From: an uncultured Eubacterium sp.
GTDB lineage: Bacteria > Bacillota > Clostridia > Lachnospirales > Lachnospiraceae
Assembly (NCBI GenBank): GCA_905235555.1
Contig: CAJOMD010000002.1
Location: 2,408 to 66,407 of the forward strand
Direction of reading: 5' to 3'
DNA: 64,000 bases
Shown here: positions 49,322 through 58,846 of the stretch, piece after piece
Position numbering within the stretch: the first letter of the stretch is position 1
Layout: every line of letters begins with the position of its first letter
Translations under genes and position numbers: made by a program
The notes under the pieces: model-generated
The model's input: the letters and a program-made list of their open reading frames with translations, nothing else
Database searches by the model: none
Told to the model about the DNA's origin: nothing

Positions 49322-51484
49322 CTATTTCTTTTTATGTTTCTTATTTTTTTGTTTTTCTTTAATTTTTGTTTTGTGAGGATTAGTCTCTTCAGGTGCATAT
49401 GTAAATTTCTTTGTCTCGGACAAAATATGCGTATCGGAGTTTTGTTGTTTAACAACAAATGTATCCCCTGATTTTAGTTCTGGATTTTGAACAATTAAAG
49501 TTGTTCTATCGATATATATAGTATCAACCTTTTCATCGTTTATATAGACCTTACTATATGGAGTGAAATTAGCCCCATAAATATAAATAGTTCCTACATC
49601 GTTGAACATTGGATTAATTGAATTAACAGTAACCTCTTTTAAACCAAATCTTAAATTAGTTGGAGTATATGGATTCTTTCCTTTGTTAGCAATATGCTTT
49701 CCGTATAGTTGGTCATACTCTAGTTTGTGTAATCCTTCTAAGTAAGTTTTTTGATCTTTGTCTTTTCTATGTTTCTGTGAAAAATTATTTATCTCACCTT
49801 CAGTTATATGAAGATTTTTTAATATTTTTGGTTCTAACTGATATGCTTCTAAATCCTCATTTGAATATTTAGTCTTGAAGTTAGACCAAATGATATACTC
49901 TGTTTGATATACATTTCCATTTACTAAGTTATTAGCTGTAATACCTAAAGAAGGTAAATGATCACCATACATTACTAGAATAGTATCTTCCTTGAATTTA
50001 CTTAGTCGTTTAGTTAAATCCTTAATAAATGAATCCATTTCATTAGTTTGCGTAGCAAAATATTGATACTGATTTTTAACCCCTTCATCATCTATTCCCG
50101 TGACCTTAATGGATGAGCCCATATCCTCTGTAGGATATGCTCCATGTCCTTGAACTGAAATAGTATAAATCAAGTCTTGCTTCTTTGTAGACTTTAAACA
50201 ATCAAAAATATATTTTGTTAAGCATTTATCCTTTGCCCAAGCCTTTTCATCATCAGCCTGTGTTTTTTCTAGTTCATCCATATTCTCAATAGTGGTGAAC
50301 GTATCATATCCAAGATTAGCAAATACTTGATTTCTTCCATAGAACGTAGCTGTATTATTATGAATAGCTTGAGCGGTATAACCGTATGGTTTTAGGTTAA
50401 ACGCAATACTCTCGCAAGATTTTTTATTAAGAATTGTTTTAAACGGATATTCGCCCGGTCCAAAATCATCCATATTCATTCCTGTCATAACCTCAAATTC
50501 AGTATTAACTGTACCTGCTCCTACCACTGGTACATTCAAATACCCGCTTGGATACTTTTTCTTTAACTCAGTAAATGTTGGTACTGGATCTTTAGATAGT
50601 TTAATATTTTTAACTTTCTTTAAGTCAAAAAATGATTCTAACTGCAAGAATATAATATTTGGTTTGGATTTCGCTTTCTCATAAGTTTTTCCATTAATCA
50701 AAGCGCGAATTGCTTCTTCTGAATAGTCTTCAGGTTTTTTTACACCAGTATTGACCAAACTGTTGGTAAAACAATAAACAAAGCCATAAGAAGTATAACT
50801 ATCTCTCAAGTTACCAAACTGCCTAGGAATTAGACCCGAACCAAGACCTAACTGTATAGACCCAAAACCTATAGCCCAAATGATAACTATGGCTGCTATG
50901 TTTCTTACATACTGAATTTTATGATTTACTTTTGGTGCTTTGAAACACAAATAAACTATTCCAATAATAGCTGCTATTAAAGCAATAATTACTAAAACAA
51001 TCTGCCAAAAGTCAAAATATTTATTTAGCACATCAAATGCACTATCAATAAGCATCAAGTCCACTGCCGTAAAAGGTGTAACTCTGTTTGCCATCAAAAT
51101 GCAATTACTAACACCAAAAATAATCCAAATTAAACTAATTAGTGCCATACCAAAGAATCTTCTTCTAAATAGCAATGTAACAGACAAAGTCATTAGCACT
51201 ATCAATGCATTAACTATAAATACATATGGTGATGATATAACATAATAAATGCCTTTAAGCAGTGAACCTCTAGCTAAAACCTCAATTAAAAAAGTTACTC
51301 CAAGCGCACATACAATATACATATACATAATCCTTTTATTATATGTCTCTTTGAAGAAACTTTTCGCTTTTTGAAATCTAGAAGACGCTTTTTTCTCTAA
51401 GTCTTTGATATCTTCTTTAGCATGTTTCATTGAATGTTCATTCTCTGTATTGTTTACTTTTTCTTCTTTATTTTTTCCAAACAT
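49322..51484 (-). CDS. LTA synthase (LtaS) family sulfatase-domain membrane protein with an extra C-terminal domain
   Basis: Five N-terminal TM helices, a sulfatase/alkaline-phosphatase-like domain, a ~110-aa beta-rich C-terminal domain and a Lys-rich tail. Start trimmed to MFGKNKEEK. Confidence 0.82.
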   Translation of the reverse strand: MFGKNKEEKVNNTENEHSMKHAKEDIKDLEKKASSRFQKAKSFFKETYNKRIMYMYIVCALGVTFLIEVLARGSLLKGIYYVISSPYVFIVNALIVLMTLSVTLLFRRRFFGMALISLIWIIFGVSNCILMANRVTPFTAVDLMLIDSAFDVLNKYFDFWQIVLVIIALIAAIIGIVYLCFKAPKVNHKIQYVRNIAAIVIIWAIGFGSIQLGLGSGLIPRQFGNLRDSYTSYGFVYCFTNSLVNTGVKKPEDYSEEAIRALINGKTYEKAKSKPNIIFLQLESFFDLKKVKNIKLSKDPVPTFTELKKKYPSGYLNVPVVGAGTVNTEFEVMTGMNMDDFGPGEYPFKTILNKKSCESIAFNLKPYGYTAQAIHNNTATFYGRNQVFANLGYDTFTTIENMDELEKTQADDEKAWAKDKCLTKYIFDCLKSTKKQDLIYTISVQGHGAYPTEDMGSSIKVTGIDDEGVKNQYQYFATQTNEMDSFIKDLTKRLSKFKEDTILVMYGDHLPSLGITANNLVNGNVYQTEYIIWSNFKTKYSNEDLEAYQLEPKILKNLHITEGEINNFSQKHRKDKDQKTYLEGLHKLEYDQLYGKHIANKGKNPYTPTNLRFGLKEVTVNSINPMFNDVGTIYIYGANFTPYSKVYINDEKVDTIYIDRTTLIVQNPELKSGDTFVVKQQNSDTHILSETKKFTYAPEETNPHKTKIKEKQKNKKHKKK

Positions 51485-51614
51485 AATAACCACCAAAAGT
51501 ACGCATTCTAAAGATGCGCACACTGAATATATAATACTACAAAATTGTTAATTTTTGAATATTTTAATTCTATTTTTAATATATTAATTTTTCTCACATT
51601 TTTATCCATTTTTG

Positions 51615-51623
51615 TGGTATACT
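51615..51623 (+). promoter_or_regulatory. Extended -10 promoter candidate for the DAHP synthase gene
   Basis: TGgTATACT lies 32 nt upstream of the ATG. There is no clear -35 box. Confidence 0.4.
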
Positions 51624-51654
51624 TGCTAGAAAATATTGTAAAAGGAGGTCAAAT

Positions 51655-52686
51655 ATGGGAAGTACATTTAACAGAAAATTACCTTTTCCAAAAGATATCA
51701 AAGAACAGTTCCCAGTACCTGAAAAGGTGGCTCAAAAAAAAGCTGAAAATGATGAGACTTTAAAGAAGATATTTACTGGGGAAGATAAGCGATTTTTAGC
51801 CATTATAGGACCTTGTTCTGCTGATAATCCAGAAGCAGTTTTAGATTATGTCCACAGACTTGCTAAAGTACAAGAAGAAATCAAGGATAAAGTATTTATT
51901 GTGCCAAGAATATATACTAATAAACCTAGAACTACTGGTAAGGGATACAAAGGAATGTTACATCAACCAGATCCAGAAAAAGAATCAGACTTACTTAATG
52001 GTCTTCTATCTATCCGTTCATTATTTGTTCAAGTTATGGAAGAAACAGGTTTTCCTATTTCAGATGAAATGCTATATACAGAAAACACTAGATACTTTAC
52101 AGACTGTCTGTCATACGTGGCTGTGGGAGCCCGTAGCGTTGAAGATCAACAGCATAGATTAACTGCTAGTGGTATGGAGATTCCAGTAGGAATGAAAAAT
52201 CCTACTAGTGGAGATATTAGCATTATGCTTAATTCTATTGAAGCTGCACAGTCATCTCATAATTTTATTTATAGAGGATGGGATATAGAAACTACTGGTA
52301 ATCCTTTTGCGCATGCTATTCTACGTGGTGCATGTGACAAAGATGGTAAAGCAATTCCAAACTACTACTATGAAGACATGTTAAACGTTTATAATAAATA
52401 TATGGAAAAAGGTTTTACCAATCCTTCTCTTATCGTTGATTGTAACCATTACAATTCTGGTAAGAAGTATAAAGAGCAAATTAGAATTGCCAAGGATGTT
52501 CTTTATCATAAGAGCCATTCAGATGAATTACACGACTTCATCAAAGGTCTAATGATTGAAAGTTACATTGAAGAAGGAAATCAAAGCATTGATCAACACA
52601 CATACGGTAAATCAATTACAGACCCATGTATTGGATGGGACGATACAGAATATTTGTTAAAGAAAATTGCAGATGAATTAGACTAA
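51655..52686 (+). CDS. 3-deoxy-7-phosphoheptulonate (DAHP) synthase, class I (AroFGH-like)
   Basis: IIGPCSA...IVPRIYTNKPRTT parallels E. coli AroG. AAGGAGG SD present. 343 aa. Confidence 0.92.
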   Translation: MGSTFNRKLPFPKDIKEQFPVPEKVAQKKAENDETLKKIFTGEDKRFLAIIGPCSADNPEAVLDYVHRLAKVQEEIKDKVFIVPRIYTNKPRTTGKGYKGMLHQPDPEKESDLLNGLLSIRSLFVQVMEETGFPISDEMLYTENTRYFTDCLSYVAVGARSVEDQQHRLTASGMEIPVGMKNPTSGDISIMLNSIEAAQSSHNFIYRGWDIETTGNPFAHAILRGACDKDGKAIPNYYYEDMLNVYNKYMEKGFTNPSLIVDCNHYNSGKKYKEQIRIAKDVLYHKSHSDELHDFIKGLMIESYIEEGNQSIDQHTYGKSITDPCIGWDDTEYLLKKIADELD

Positions 52687-52705
52687 AAATCAACATTCAA
52701 TTAAA

Positions 52706-52734
52706 CCTCTAAAAGATTTCTTTTAGAGGTTTTT
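52706..52734 (+). terminator. Rho-independent terminator after the DAHP synthase gene
   Basis: CCTCTAAAAG-ATTT-CTTTTAGAGG followed by TTTTT. Confidence 0.85.
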
Positions 52735-52744
52735 ATTAATTGAA

Positions 52745-52775
52745 AATAAAAAACAGATTGATATATTTCAATCTG
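52745..52775 (-). terminator. Rho-independent terminator after xerD
   Basis: Minus-strand AAAAAACAGATTG-AAATATAT-CAATCTGTTTTTT followed by ATTTTC. Confidence 0.7.
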
Positions 52776-52779
52776 TTTT

Positions 52780-53667
52780 TTATGCTTTAGGGTGTGCTTT
52801 CGCATACACCTCTCTCACTCTTGTATTTTGTGAATTCATATAAATCTGAGTTGTAGAAATATCTGAATGTCCTAACATCTGTTGTACCGATTTTAAGTCC
52901 GCACCATTTTCCACTAAGTGCGCCGCAAACGAATGTCTAAGTGTATGTGGTGTAAGTTCTGAACTAATCCCTGCTTTCTTTCCATAAGACTTGATTAACT
53001 TCCAAAAGCCTTGTCTGCTCATTTGTTTTCCAGAGCAATTAGGAAACAAAACATCGCTGTCTTTATCTTCTCCCAACAATTCATCTCTTCCGTTTTCTAA
53101 ATATTTAACCAAAGCATTTTTAGCTGCGGTCCCGAAAGGAATGATTCTATTCTGCTTTCTGTTGTGACAAACTATATATTCAAGTTTGATATTAACATCA
53201 TCACTCTTTAACTGAATCAGCTCACTAACCCTCATACCTGTGGCATAAAGTAATTCTAACATTGCTTTATCTCTCAGTTCTTTTGGAGTATTCTTTGATG
53301 GTTGTTTCAATAGAGAATCAATTTCTTTAACTGTCAAAATCTCAGGAACCGTCTTCTCAATTTTTGGTGCCTTCAAATTTGATGTTGGATTATTTTTGAC
53401 AATTCCTTCAGAAACCAAATATCCAAAAAAAGCTTTACTCGAGGCAATAGTACGCGAAATAGTAGCTGGCTTTCTACCCAACTTATTTAAATATTTAACA
53501 TATTTTTCAATGTCTTTCTGTCTGACTTTAGCAAGTGCTGTCTTAGATGACACTTTCATATACGCAAACATTTTTGTTAAATCTCTTCTGTATGAATCCT
53601 CAGTATTCTTTGAAATAGATTTTTGTTTATTTAATTTTTTCAAAAACGCATTAATTATTTCTTCCAT
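52780..53667 (-). CDS. xerD: Tyrosine recombinase XerD-like
   Basis: ATGMRVSEL, HTLRHSFAAHL and GHSDISTTQIY (catalytic R..HxxR..Y). 295 aa. Confidence 0.88.
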   Translation of the reverse strand: MEEIINAFLKKLNKQKSISKNTEDSYRRDLTKMFAYMKVSSKTALAKVRQKDIEKYVKYLNKLGRKPATISRTIASSKAFFGYLVSEGIVKNNPTSNLKAPKIEKTVPEILTVKEIDSLLKQPSKNTPKELRDKAMLELLYATGMRVSELIQLKSDDVNIKLEYIVCHNRKQNRIIPFGTAAKNALVKYLENGRDELLGEDKDSDVLFPNCSGKQMSRQGFWKLIKSYGKKAGISSELTPHTLRHSFAAHLVENGADLKSVQQMLGHSDISTTQIYMNSQNTRVREVYAKAHPKA

Positions 53668-53702
53668 TTTTCCCGCAACCTCTTTACAGAGATGTAGTTA
53701 GT

Positions 53703-53731
53703 ATTATATATACTTTTTTATGTAAAATCAA
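53703..53731 (-). promoter_or_regulatory. Promoter candidate for xerD
   Basis: Minus-strand TTGATT, 17 nt spacer, TATAAT, immediately after the NUDIX terminator. Confidence 0.6.
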
Positions 53732-53732
53732 A

Positions 53733-53770
53733 CAAAAAATAACCCAATAAAACGGGGATTTTATTGGGTT
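53733..53770 (-). terminator. Rho-independent terminator after the NUDIX gene
   Basis: 12-bp stem AACCCAATAAAA/TTTTATTGGGTT with a 6-nt loop, followed by ATTTTTTGTTTG. Confidence 0.8.
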
Positions 53771-53838
53771 ACATAAAATTTACACTATATATATAAGGCA
53801 TCATTTTATTTGACACAATATCTTGTAAAAAATCTTTT

Positions 53839-54381
53839 TTAATTTTTTTTGCAATATTTTAAATAATAAGTCAAAATTGCTGAAATAGTTTTTGAATCAT
53901 TGATTTCATTGTTCATAATCATCTGAACCAACTCTTCCACCGCATATATTTCTATCTCAATATCTTCATCATCATCTAAGTTTTGCTCTGATTTTTGAAG
54001 ATCATGGGCTACATAAATATCTATAGTCTCACCCGAATACGCAATAGCTGGAACTATAGTCATTAGAAATTCTACATTGTCACTTTTATATCCGGTTTCT
54101 TCCTCTAATTCTCTAGTTGCACAATCCAGTGTAGACTCCTCTACTGTGTCTTTACCGCCTGCAGGAATCTCAAGAGAAAATTTATCAATAGCATTTCTCC
54201 ACTGGCGAACCATAATGATTCTTCCATCATCCATAACAGGAATGATAGCTGCAGCTCCTTTGTGGATAAGATAATCCCACTCTACTCTGTTACCTTCTGG
54301 AGTGATTACTTGGTCTTTACAGAATTCAATGATTGCACCTTTGTATACACTCTCTCTGTTTATTCTTTTAAAATCTTTCAT
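53839..54381 (-). CDS. NUDIX hydrolase (ADP-ribose pyrophosphatase-like)
   Basis: Nudix box GGKDTVEESTLDCATRELEEETG. 180 aa. Confidence 0.9.
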   Translation of the reverse strand: MKDFKRINRESVYKGAIIEFCKDQVITPEGNRVEWDYLIHKGAAAIIPVMDDGRIIMVRQWRNAIDKFSLEIPAGGKDTVEESTLDCATRELEEETGYKSDNVEFLMTIVPAIAYSGETIDIYVAHDLQKSEQNLDDDEDIEIEIYAVEELVQMIMNNEINDSKTISAILTYYLKYCKKN

Positions 54382-54475
54382 GGCCTCACCTTCACTTTAA
54401 AATAGATATTTATTGTTAAATAATGCTATGTTTCAAATGTATATTTTTGTCAAATTATTCCATATTTGGGATTAA

Positions 54476-55270
54476 CTACTGCAACTCTTTACACCTTCTA
54501 AAGCAAGCCTGTGTAGCTTCATCAATAGTTTTTTCTAATTCATTTTCATCTAGTTTTTTAACACCCTCTATGGTAGTTCCACCAGGTGAACAAACTCTTT
54601 CTTTTAAAACTTCAGGATTTTCTCCAGTCTCCATCAAAAGTTTAGCAGAGCCCAATACTGTTTGGGCGACAAAATCTATTGAGTCTTCTTTTGATAGGCC
54701 AAGTTTTTCCACAGATCTTGCTAAATATTCAATAAACATAAACACATATGCTGGCGAGCTTCCACTTGCACAAACAACTGCATTCATCAAATTTTCACTC
54801 ACTTTTTTATACTTACCAACTGAATTAAAAATTTTATCAATTACTATTTCTTCATCTGGTGTAAACACTTCTTCGTTATAACAAACGCCCGTCATTCCTT
54901 CTCCCACCATAGCTGGTGTGTTTGGCATTGTTCTAATAACCTTAACTGCTGATGTAAGCTCTTTTACTTTATCCACTGTAATTCCAGGCGCAAGTGAAAT
55001 AATAATTGTATCTTCACTGACAGATGATTCTATTTCATCTAAAGCTGTTTCATATACTTGAGGCTTAATAGCAAGCACTACAAACTTAACATTTTCCACT
55101 AACTCATTTGCAGATGAAAGATATTCCACACCAGTTTCATCTTTTACCTCTTCGCATCTTTCTTTATTTGTATCAAAAAATAATACATTTTCTGGGTCAA
55201 AGAATTTAAGACATCCATTCATCAATGCATACCCCATATTTCCCATTCCAATAAAACCTATTTTGCTCAT
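54476..55270 (-). CDS. proC: Pyrroline-5-carboxylate reductase
   Basis: IGFIGMGNMG Rossmann motif and CSPGGTTIEG motif. 264 aa. Confidence 0.94.
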   Translation of the reverse strand: MSKIGFIGMGNMGYALMNGCLKFFDPENVLFFDTNKERCEEVKDETGVEYLSSANELVENVKFVVLAIKPQVYETALDEIESSVSEDTIIISLAPGITVDKVKELTSAVKVIRTMPNTPAMVGEGMTGVCYNEEVFTPDEEIVIDKIFNSVGKYKKVSENLMNAVVCASGSSPAYVFMFIEYLARSVEKLGLSKEDSIDFVAQTVLGSAKLLMETGENPEVLKERVCSPGGTTIEGVKKLDENELEKTIDEATQACFRRCKELQ

Positions 55271-55303
55271 AGTTTCTCTCCTTTAATCATAGAAAGTATA
55301 ACA

Positions 55304-55337
55304 TAAAAAAAGGGAAATATGTAAAACATATTCCCCT
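55304..55337 (-). terminator. Rho-independent terminator after rny
   Basis: Minus-strand GGGGAATATG-TTTTA-CATATTTCCC (one mismatch) followed by TTTTTTTATG. Confidence 0.8.
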
Positions 55338-55349
55338 TAAATGTAGATT

Positions 55350-56891
55350 TTATTTTGCGTAATCTATAGCTCTTGATTCTCTAACAACGTTAACTTTAAT
55401 CTGTCCAGGATATTCTAATTCAGCTTCAATCTGCTTAGAAATATCTCTAGCCATTAATACCATATCGGCATCGCTCACCTTGTCAGGAACCACCATAACT
55501 CGAATCTCTCTACCTGCTTGAATAGCAAAAGAATTATCCACGCCTTCAAAAGAATTTGTGATATCTTCTAACTGTTTTAGTCTGTTAGTGTAAGTCTCTA
55601 ATGTCTCACGTCTTGCACCCGGTCTAGCAGCTGAAATAGCATCTGCCGCTTGAACAATACAAGCGATCAATGTTTCAGGTTCCACATCACCATGGTGTGC
55701 CTCTACAGCATTGATGACTGTAGCCGATTCCTTGTATTTTCTACAAAGTTCTACACCTAACTGAATATGTGTTCCTTCTTGTTCATGATCCACTGCTTTA
55801 CCAATATCGTGTAAAAGTCCAGCTCTCTTAGCCACACGTACATCTAATCCCATTTCTGAAGCCATAAGACCTGATAGATGTGCCACTTCAATAGAGTGCT
55901 TAAGAGCATTTTGTCCGTAACTTGTTCTAAACTTCATCTTTCCTAGAAGCTTTACAAGCTCTGGATGAATGCCATGAACCCCCACTTCTAATGTGGCAGA
56001 CTCACCTTCTTCACGAATGACGGTCTCAACTTCTTTCTTAGCCTTATTGACCATTTCTTCAATCCTACTTGGCTGAATACGTCCATCGACTATTAGCTTC
56101 TCAAGTGCAATCCTTGCAACTTCTCTTCTGATAGGATCAAACCCTGATAGAACTACTGCCTCAGGAGTATCATCGATAATCAAATCAACACCTGTAAGCG
56201 ATTCAAGAGTCTTGATATTACGACCCTCTCTTCCAATAATTCTACCTTTCATGTCTTCGTTAGGTAATTGAACCACTGAGATTGTAGCTTCAGATACTTG
56301 ATCTGTAGCGCACTTCTGAATAGCATTGACAATAATATCACGAGCCTTTTTATCTGACTCCTCCTTTATTCTTGCTTCGCCTTCTTTAATAACCTTAGCA
56401 GTCTCAATCTTAATTTCTTCTTCAACAGTTAGTAGCAATTGTTCTTTTGCTTGTTCGGAGGTTAAACCAGAGATTCGTTCTAGTTCATTTACGCGTTGCT
56501 CACTTAGGCTATCTACCTTCGCTTGTTTTTCGGCTAGATTTTCTTCTCTATCCTTCAAGCTCTGTTCTCTCTTATCAACAGCATTGGCTTTCTTTTCAAC
56601 AGCCTCCTCTTTGTTAAGAATACGTTGCTCAAATTTTTGTATCTCTGAACGTCTCTCTCTAACTTCTTTTTCTAGTTCGTTTTTAGTCTTCAGATTATCT
56701 TCTTTTGCTTCAAGAAGCATTTCCTTCTTCTTAGCTTCAGCATCCTTAATAGCATCGTCAATAATCTCACGTGCTTTAGTTTCTGCTGATCCAATAGTCT
56801 TTTCAACTGTTTTTTTACGAATTAATATTGAAATTAAAGAAGCAACTACAGCGCATACAATACATATAGCAACCCATACGATAGTATTCAT
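55350..56891 (-). CDS. rny: Ribonuclease Y
   Basis: N-terminal TM helix, coiled coil, KH domain and HD domain (LLHDIGKA). 513 aa. Confidence 0.96.
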   Translation of the reverse strand: MNTIVWVAICIVCAVVASLISILIRKKTVEKTIGSAETKAREIIDDAIKDAEAKKKEMLLEAKEDNLKTKNELEKEVRERRSEIQKFEQRILNKEEAVEKKANAVDKREQSLKDREENLAEKQAKVDSLSEQRVNELERISGLTSEQAKEQLLLTVEEEIKIETAKVIKEGEARIKEESDKKARDIIVNAIQKCATDQVSEATISVVQLPNEDMKGRIIGREGRNIKTLESLTGVDLIIDDTPEAVVLSGFDPIRREVARIALEKLIVDGRIQPSRIEEMVNKAKKEVETVIREEGESATLEVGVHGIHPELVKLLGKMKFRTSYGQNALKHSIEVAHLSGLMASEMGLDVRVAKRAGLLHDIGKAVDHEQEGTHIQLGVELCRKYKESATVINAVEAHHGDVEPETLIACIVQAADAISAARPGARRETLETYTNRLKQLEDITNSFEGVDNSFAIQAGREIRVMVVPDKVSDADMVLMARDISKQIEAELEYPGQIKVNVVRESRAIDYAK

Positions 56892-56938
56892 TGGAGCACC
56901 TCCTTATTTAGTTATCATTGTACAAATACAACATTTAA

Positions 56939-56967
56939 ATTATACTTTTTGACCTATATTATGTCAA
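56939..56967 (-). promoter_or_regulatory. Consensus sigma-A promoter for rny
   Basis: Minus-strand TTGACA, 17 nt spacer, TATAAT. The leader is ~40 nt and ends in AAGGAGGTG. Confidence 0.7.
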
Positions 56968-56999
56968 GTTATGTCACTATATGTTGTGATGTAAAATTA

Positions 57000-57599
57000 T
57001 TATTCATCAATATAGCCTTTTAAAGCGTCTTTTACATCTCCATATGAATATCCTTTAGATACAAGGTATGAATAGAACTTTTGAATGTCTTTTCTATCAC
57101 TCAAATCGTATTTATTTTTTCTTTTTTCTATATATTTTTTTAATGATTCACTATCTGTGAAATCACTATCTTCAAAAGCTTGATCTATTAGTTTTTTATC
57201 AACACCTTTTACATATAAATCCTGAACTATCTGTTTTTTACTTTTAGACCCTCTTTTATAGTCAATATACATTTGAGCATATCTCAAGTCATTAATTAAG
57301 TTTATTTCCTCTAAAAAAGAGACAACTTTATCAATAATGTTTTCTGGATAAAGACCTGCTTTTAATTTATCCATTATATATCTTTTGGTCTTATAAGATT
57401 TATCAAGCATATAAAGAGCTCGCTCTTTCCCTCGGTCAAAAAGTTTATTCATAATAACACTATATGTATTGCTAGGAATCTCCACGCCTTCTTTTAGGCC
57501 GTACTTACTAATTTCGCCTTTGTATAGAACAAAGGCGAAATCATTATTGATATAAATTTTTACTCGAGAGCCAAACGGCTCTAACTTAGTAACTAACAT
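57000..57599 (-). CDS. recX: Recombination regulator RecX
   Basis: 199 aa with a three-repeat helical RecX architecture. It starts 4 nt after recA. Confidence 0.85.
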   Translation of the reverse strand: MLVTKLEPFGSRVKIYINNDFAFVLYKGEISKYGLKEGVEIPSNTYSVIMNKLFDRGKERALYMLDKSYKTKRYIMDKLKAGLYPENIIDKVVSFLEEINLINDLRYAQMYIDYKRGSKSKKQIVQDLYVKGVDKKLIDQAFEDSDFTDSESLKKYIEKRKNKYDLSDRKDIQKFYSYLVSKGYSYGDVKDALKGYIDE

Positions 57600-57603
57600 T
57601 CAA

Positions 57604-58665
57604 TTAATCCTCAACAGGTGCAATAACATCATCTGATGCATCCACATCAGCCGTTTCTCCTGATTCATCTTCTTTATTGAAATAGTGTTCACGTACTTTA
57701 GCATCAATATCAGCCATAACTTCTGGGTGTTCTTCCAAGAACTTTTTGGCAGTTTCTCTACCCTGACCAATCTTCTCACCATCATATGCATACCATGAAC
57801 CACTCTTTTGAACTATATCGCAATTAGTAGCTAAATCTAATACATCTCCCTCTTTAGATATGCCTTTTCCAAACATAATATCAAATTCTGCTTCCTTAAA
57901 TGGAGGTGCAATCTTATTCTTAACCACCTTAACCCTAGCTCTGTTACCAATCATTTCTCCTTGGTTCTTTAGAGTTTCAATTCTTCTAACATCAAGTCTA
58001 ACTGAAGCGTAGAACTTAAGAGCACGTCCACCTGTAGTAGTCTCTGGATTACCAAACATAACACCAATCTTTTCTCTCAATTGATTAATAAAAATTAATG
58101 TACATCCAGTTTTATTAATGATACCCGTTAATTTTCTTAATGCCTGCGACATAAGTCTAGCATGCTGTCCCATATGAGAATCTCCCATATCTCCGTCAAT
58201 CTCTGACTTAGGAACCAATGCTGCCACTGAATCCACTACAATAATATCAACCGCACCAGATCTAACCATAGTCTCTGTAATTTCCAATGCCTGTTCACCA
58301 AAGTCTGGCTGTGAAATATATAGATTATCAATATCAACACCAATATTCTTGGCATAAACTGGATCTAGAGCATGCTCAGCATCCACAAAACCCGCTACGC
58401 CACCTTGCTTTTGAACTTCAGCAATCATATGTAGCGCTACAGTAGTTTTACCACTAGATTCTGGACCATAAATCTCTACAACACGTCCTTTTGGAATACC
58501 ACCCTGGCCCAATGCCACGTCTAAGCTGAGTGAGCCTGTGGGCGTAGTTTCAACATTCATATTAGAGGCTGAATCACCCAACTTCATAATAGAACCTTTA
58601 CCATGATCCTTTTCAATCTTTGCTATGGCGGCATCCAGTGCCTTTACTTTATCATCTTTATTCAT
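57604..58665 (-). CDS. recA: Recombinase RecA
   Basis: [27 protein letters not shown] start with AAGGAG SD, and GPESSGKTT Walker A. The ORF-track extension would cover the promoter and LexA box. Confidence 0.97.
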   Translation of the reverse strand: MNKDDKVKALDAAIAKIEKDHGKGSIMKLGDSASNMNVETTPTGSLSLDVALGQGGIPKGRVVEIYGPESSGKTTVALHMIAEVQKQGGVAGFVDAEHALDPVYAKNIGVDIDNLYISQPDFGEQALEITETMVRSGAVDIIVVDSVAALVPKSEIDGDMGDSHMGQHARLMSQALRKLTGIINKTGCTLIFINQLREKIGVMFGNPETTTGGRALKFYASVRLDVRRIETLKNQGEMIGNRARVKVVKNKIAPPFKEAEFDIMFGKGISKEGDVLDLATNCDIVQKSGSWYAYDGEKIGQGRETAKKFLEEHPEVMADIDAKVREHYFNKEDESGETADVDASDDVIAPVED

Positions 58666-58689
58666 AAAAAACTCCTTTTCTACTATAAC

Positions 58690-58703
58690 CGAACATTTGT
58701 TCG
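58690..58703 (-). promoter_or_regulatory. LexA (SOS / Cheo) box
   Basis: CGAACAAATGTTCG matches the Gram-positive CGAAC-N4-GTTCG consensus. It starts 8 nt past the -10 hexamer, over the predicted transcription start. Confidence 0.85.
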
Positions 58704-58711
58704 CTATCTGT

Positions 58712-58740
58712 ATATTAATATATTTTATGGAGTATGTCAA
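58712..58740 (-). promoter_or_regulatory. Promoter for recA
   Basis: Minus-strand TTGACA, 17 nt spacer, TAATAT. Confidence 0.7.
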
Positions 58741-58808
58741 TACTTTTTAATTATAATATTTTAATAATATTAAATCAAGAATAAATCACATTTTATTTAT
58801 GTGTTTAT

Positions 58809-58838
58809 CAAAAAAGCGACTCCTAAAAAGGAATCGCT
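58809..58838 (-). terminator. Rho-independent terminator after the aminotransferase gene
   Basis: Minus-strand AGCGATTCC-TTTTTA-GGAGTCGCT (one G-U pair) followed by TTTTTGAT. Confidence 0.75.
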
Positions 58839-58846
58839 TCTACTCA

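Noticed and set aside
51545-51763. Phe/Tyr/Ile-rich 72-codon ORF upstream of and overlapping the DAHP synthase start. I considered an aromatic-amino-acid attenuation leader peptide.
   Set aside because: It starts at a TTG with no SD and begins upstream of the only plausible promoter element. It overlaps the aroFGH-like ATG out of frame, and there is no terminator/antiterminator pair. The Phe and Ile richness is what an AT-rich spacer encodes by default.
52780-53667. Tyrosine recombinase as a possible integrase marking a mobile element boundary.
   Set aside because: It has XerD-like length and motifs and sits among housekeeping neighbours (NUDIX, proC, scpAB). It is flanked by ordinary terminators, with no att-like direct repeats, tRNA gene or cargo genes.
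53701-53728. TTATGTAAAAT just upstream of xerD. It matches 10 of 11 positions of the XerD-binding arm of the Bacillus subtilis dif site as I recall it.
   Set aside because: The would-be XerC arm and spacer do not match, the sequence overlaps the predicted xerD promoter, and such AT-rich 11-mers occur by chance. dif is expected at the terminus, not beside xerD.
4103-58740. N-terminal extensions in the ORF track for tyrS, trmD, ylxM, plsX, rsmD, cmk, the OadG-like gene, the LtaS-like gene and recA.
   Set aside because: In each case a downstream ATG gives the conserved family N-terminus and has an SD site. The extension overlaps the upstream gene, a terminator, or the predicted promoter or LexA box.
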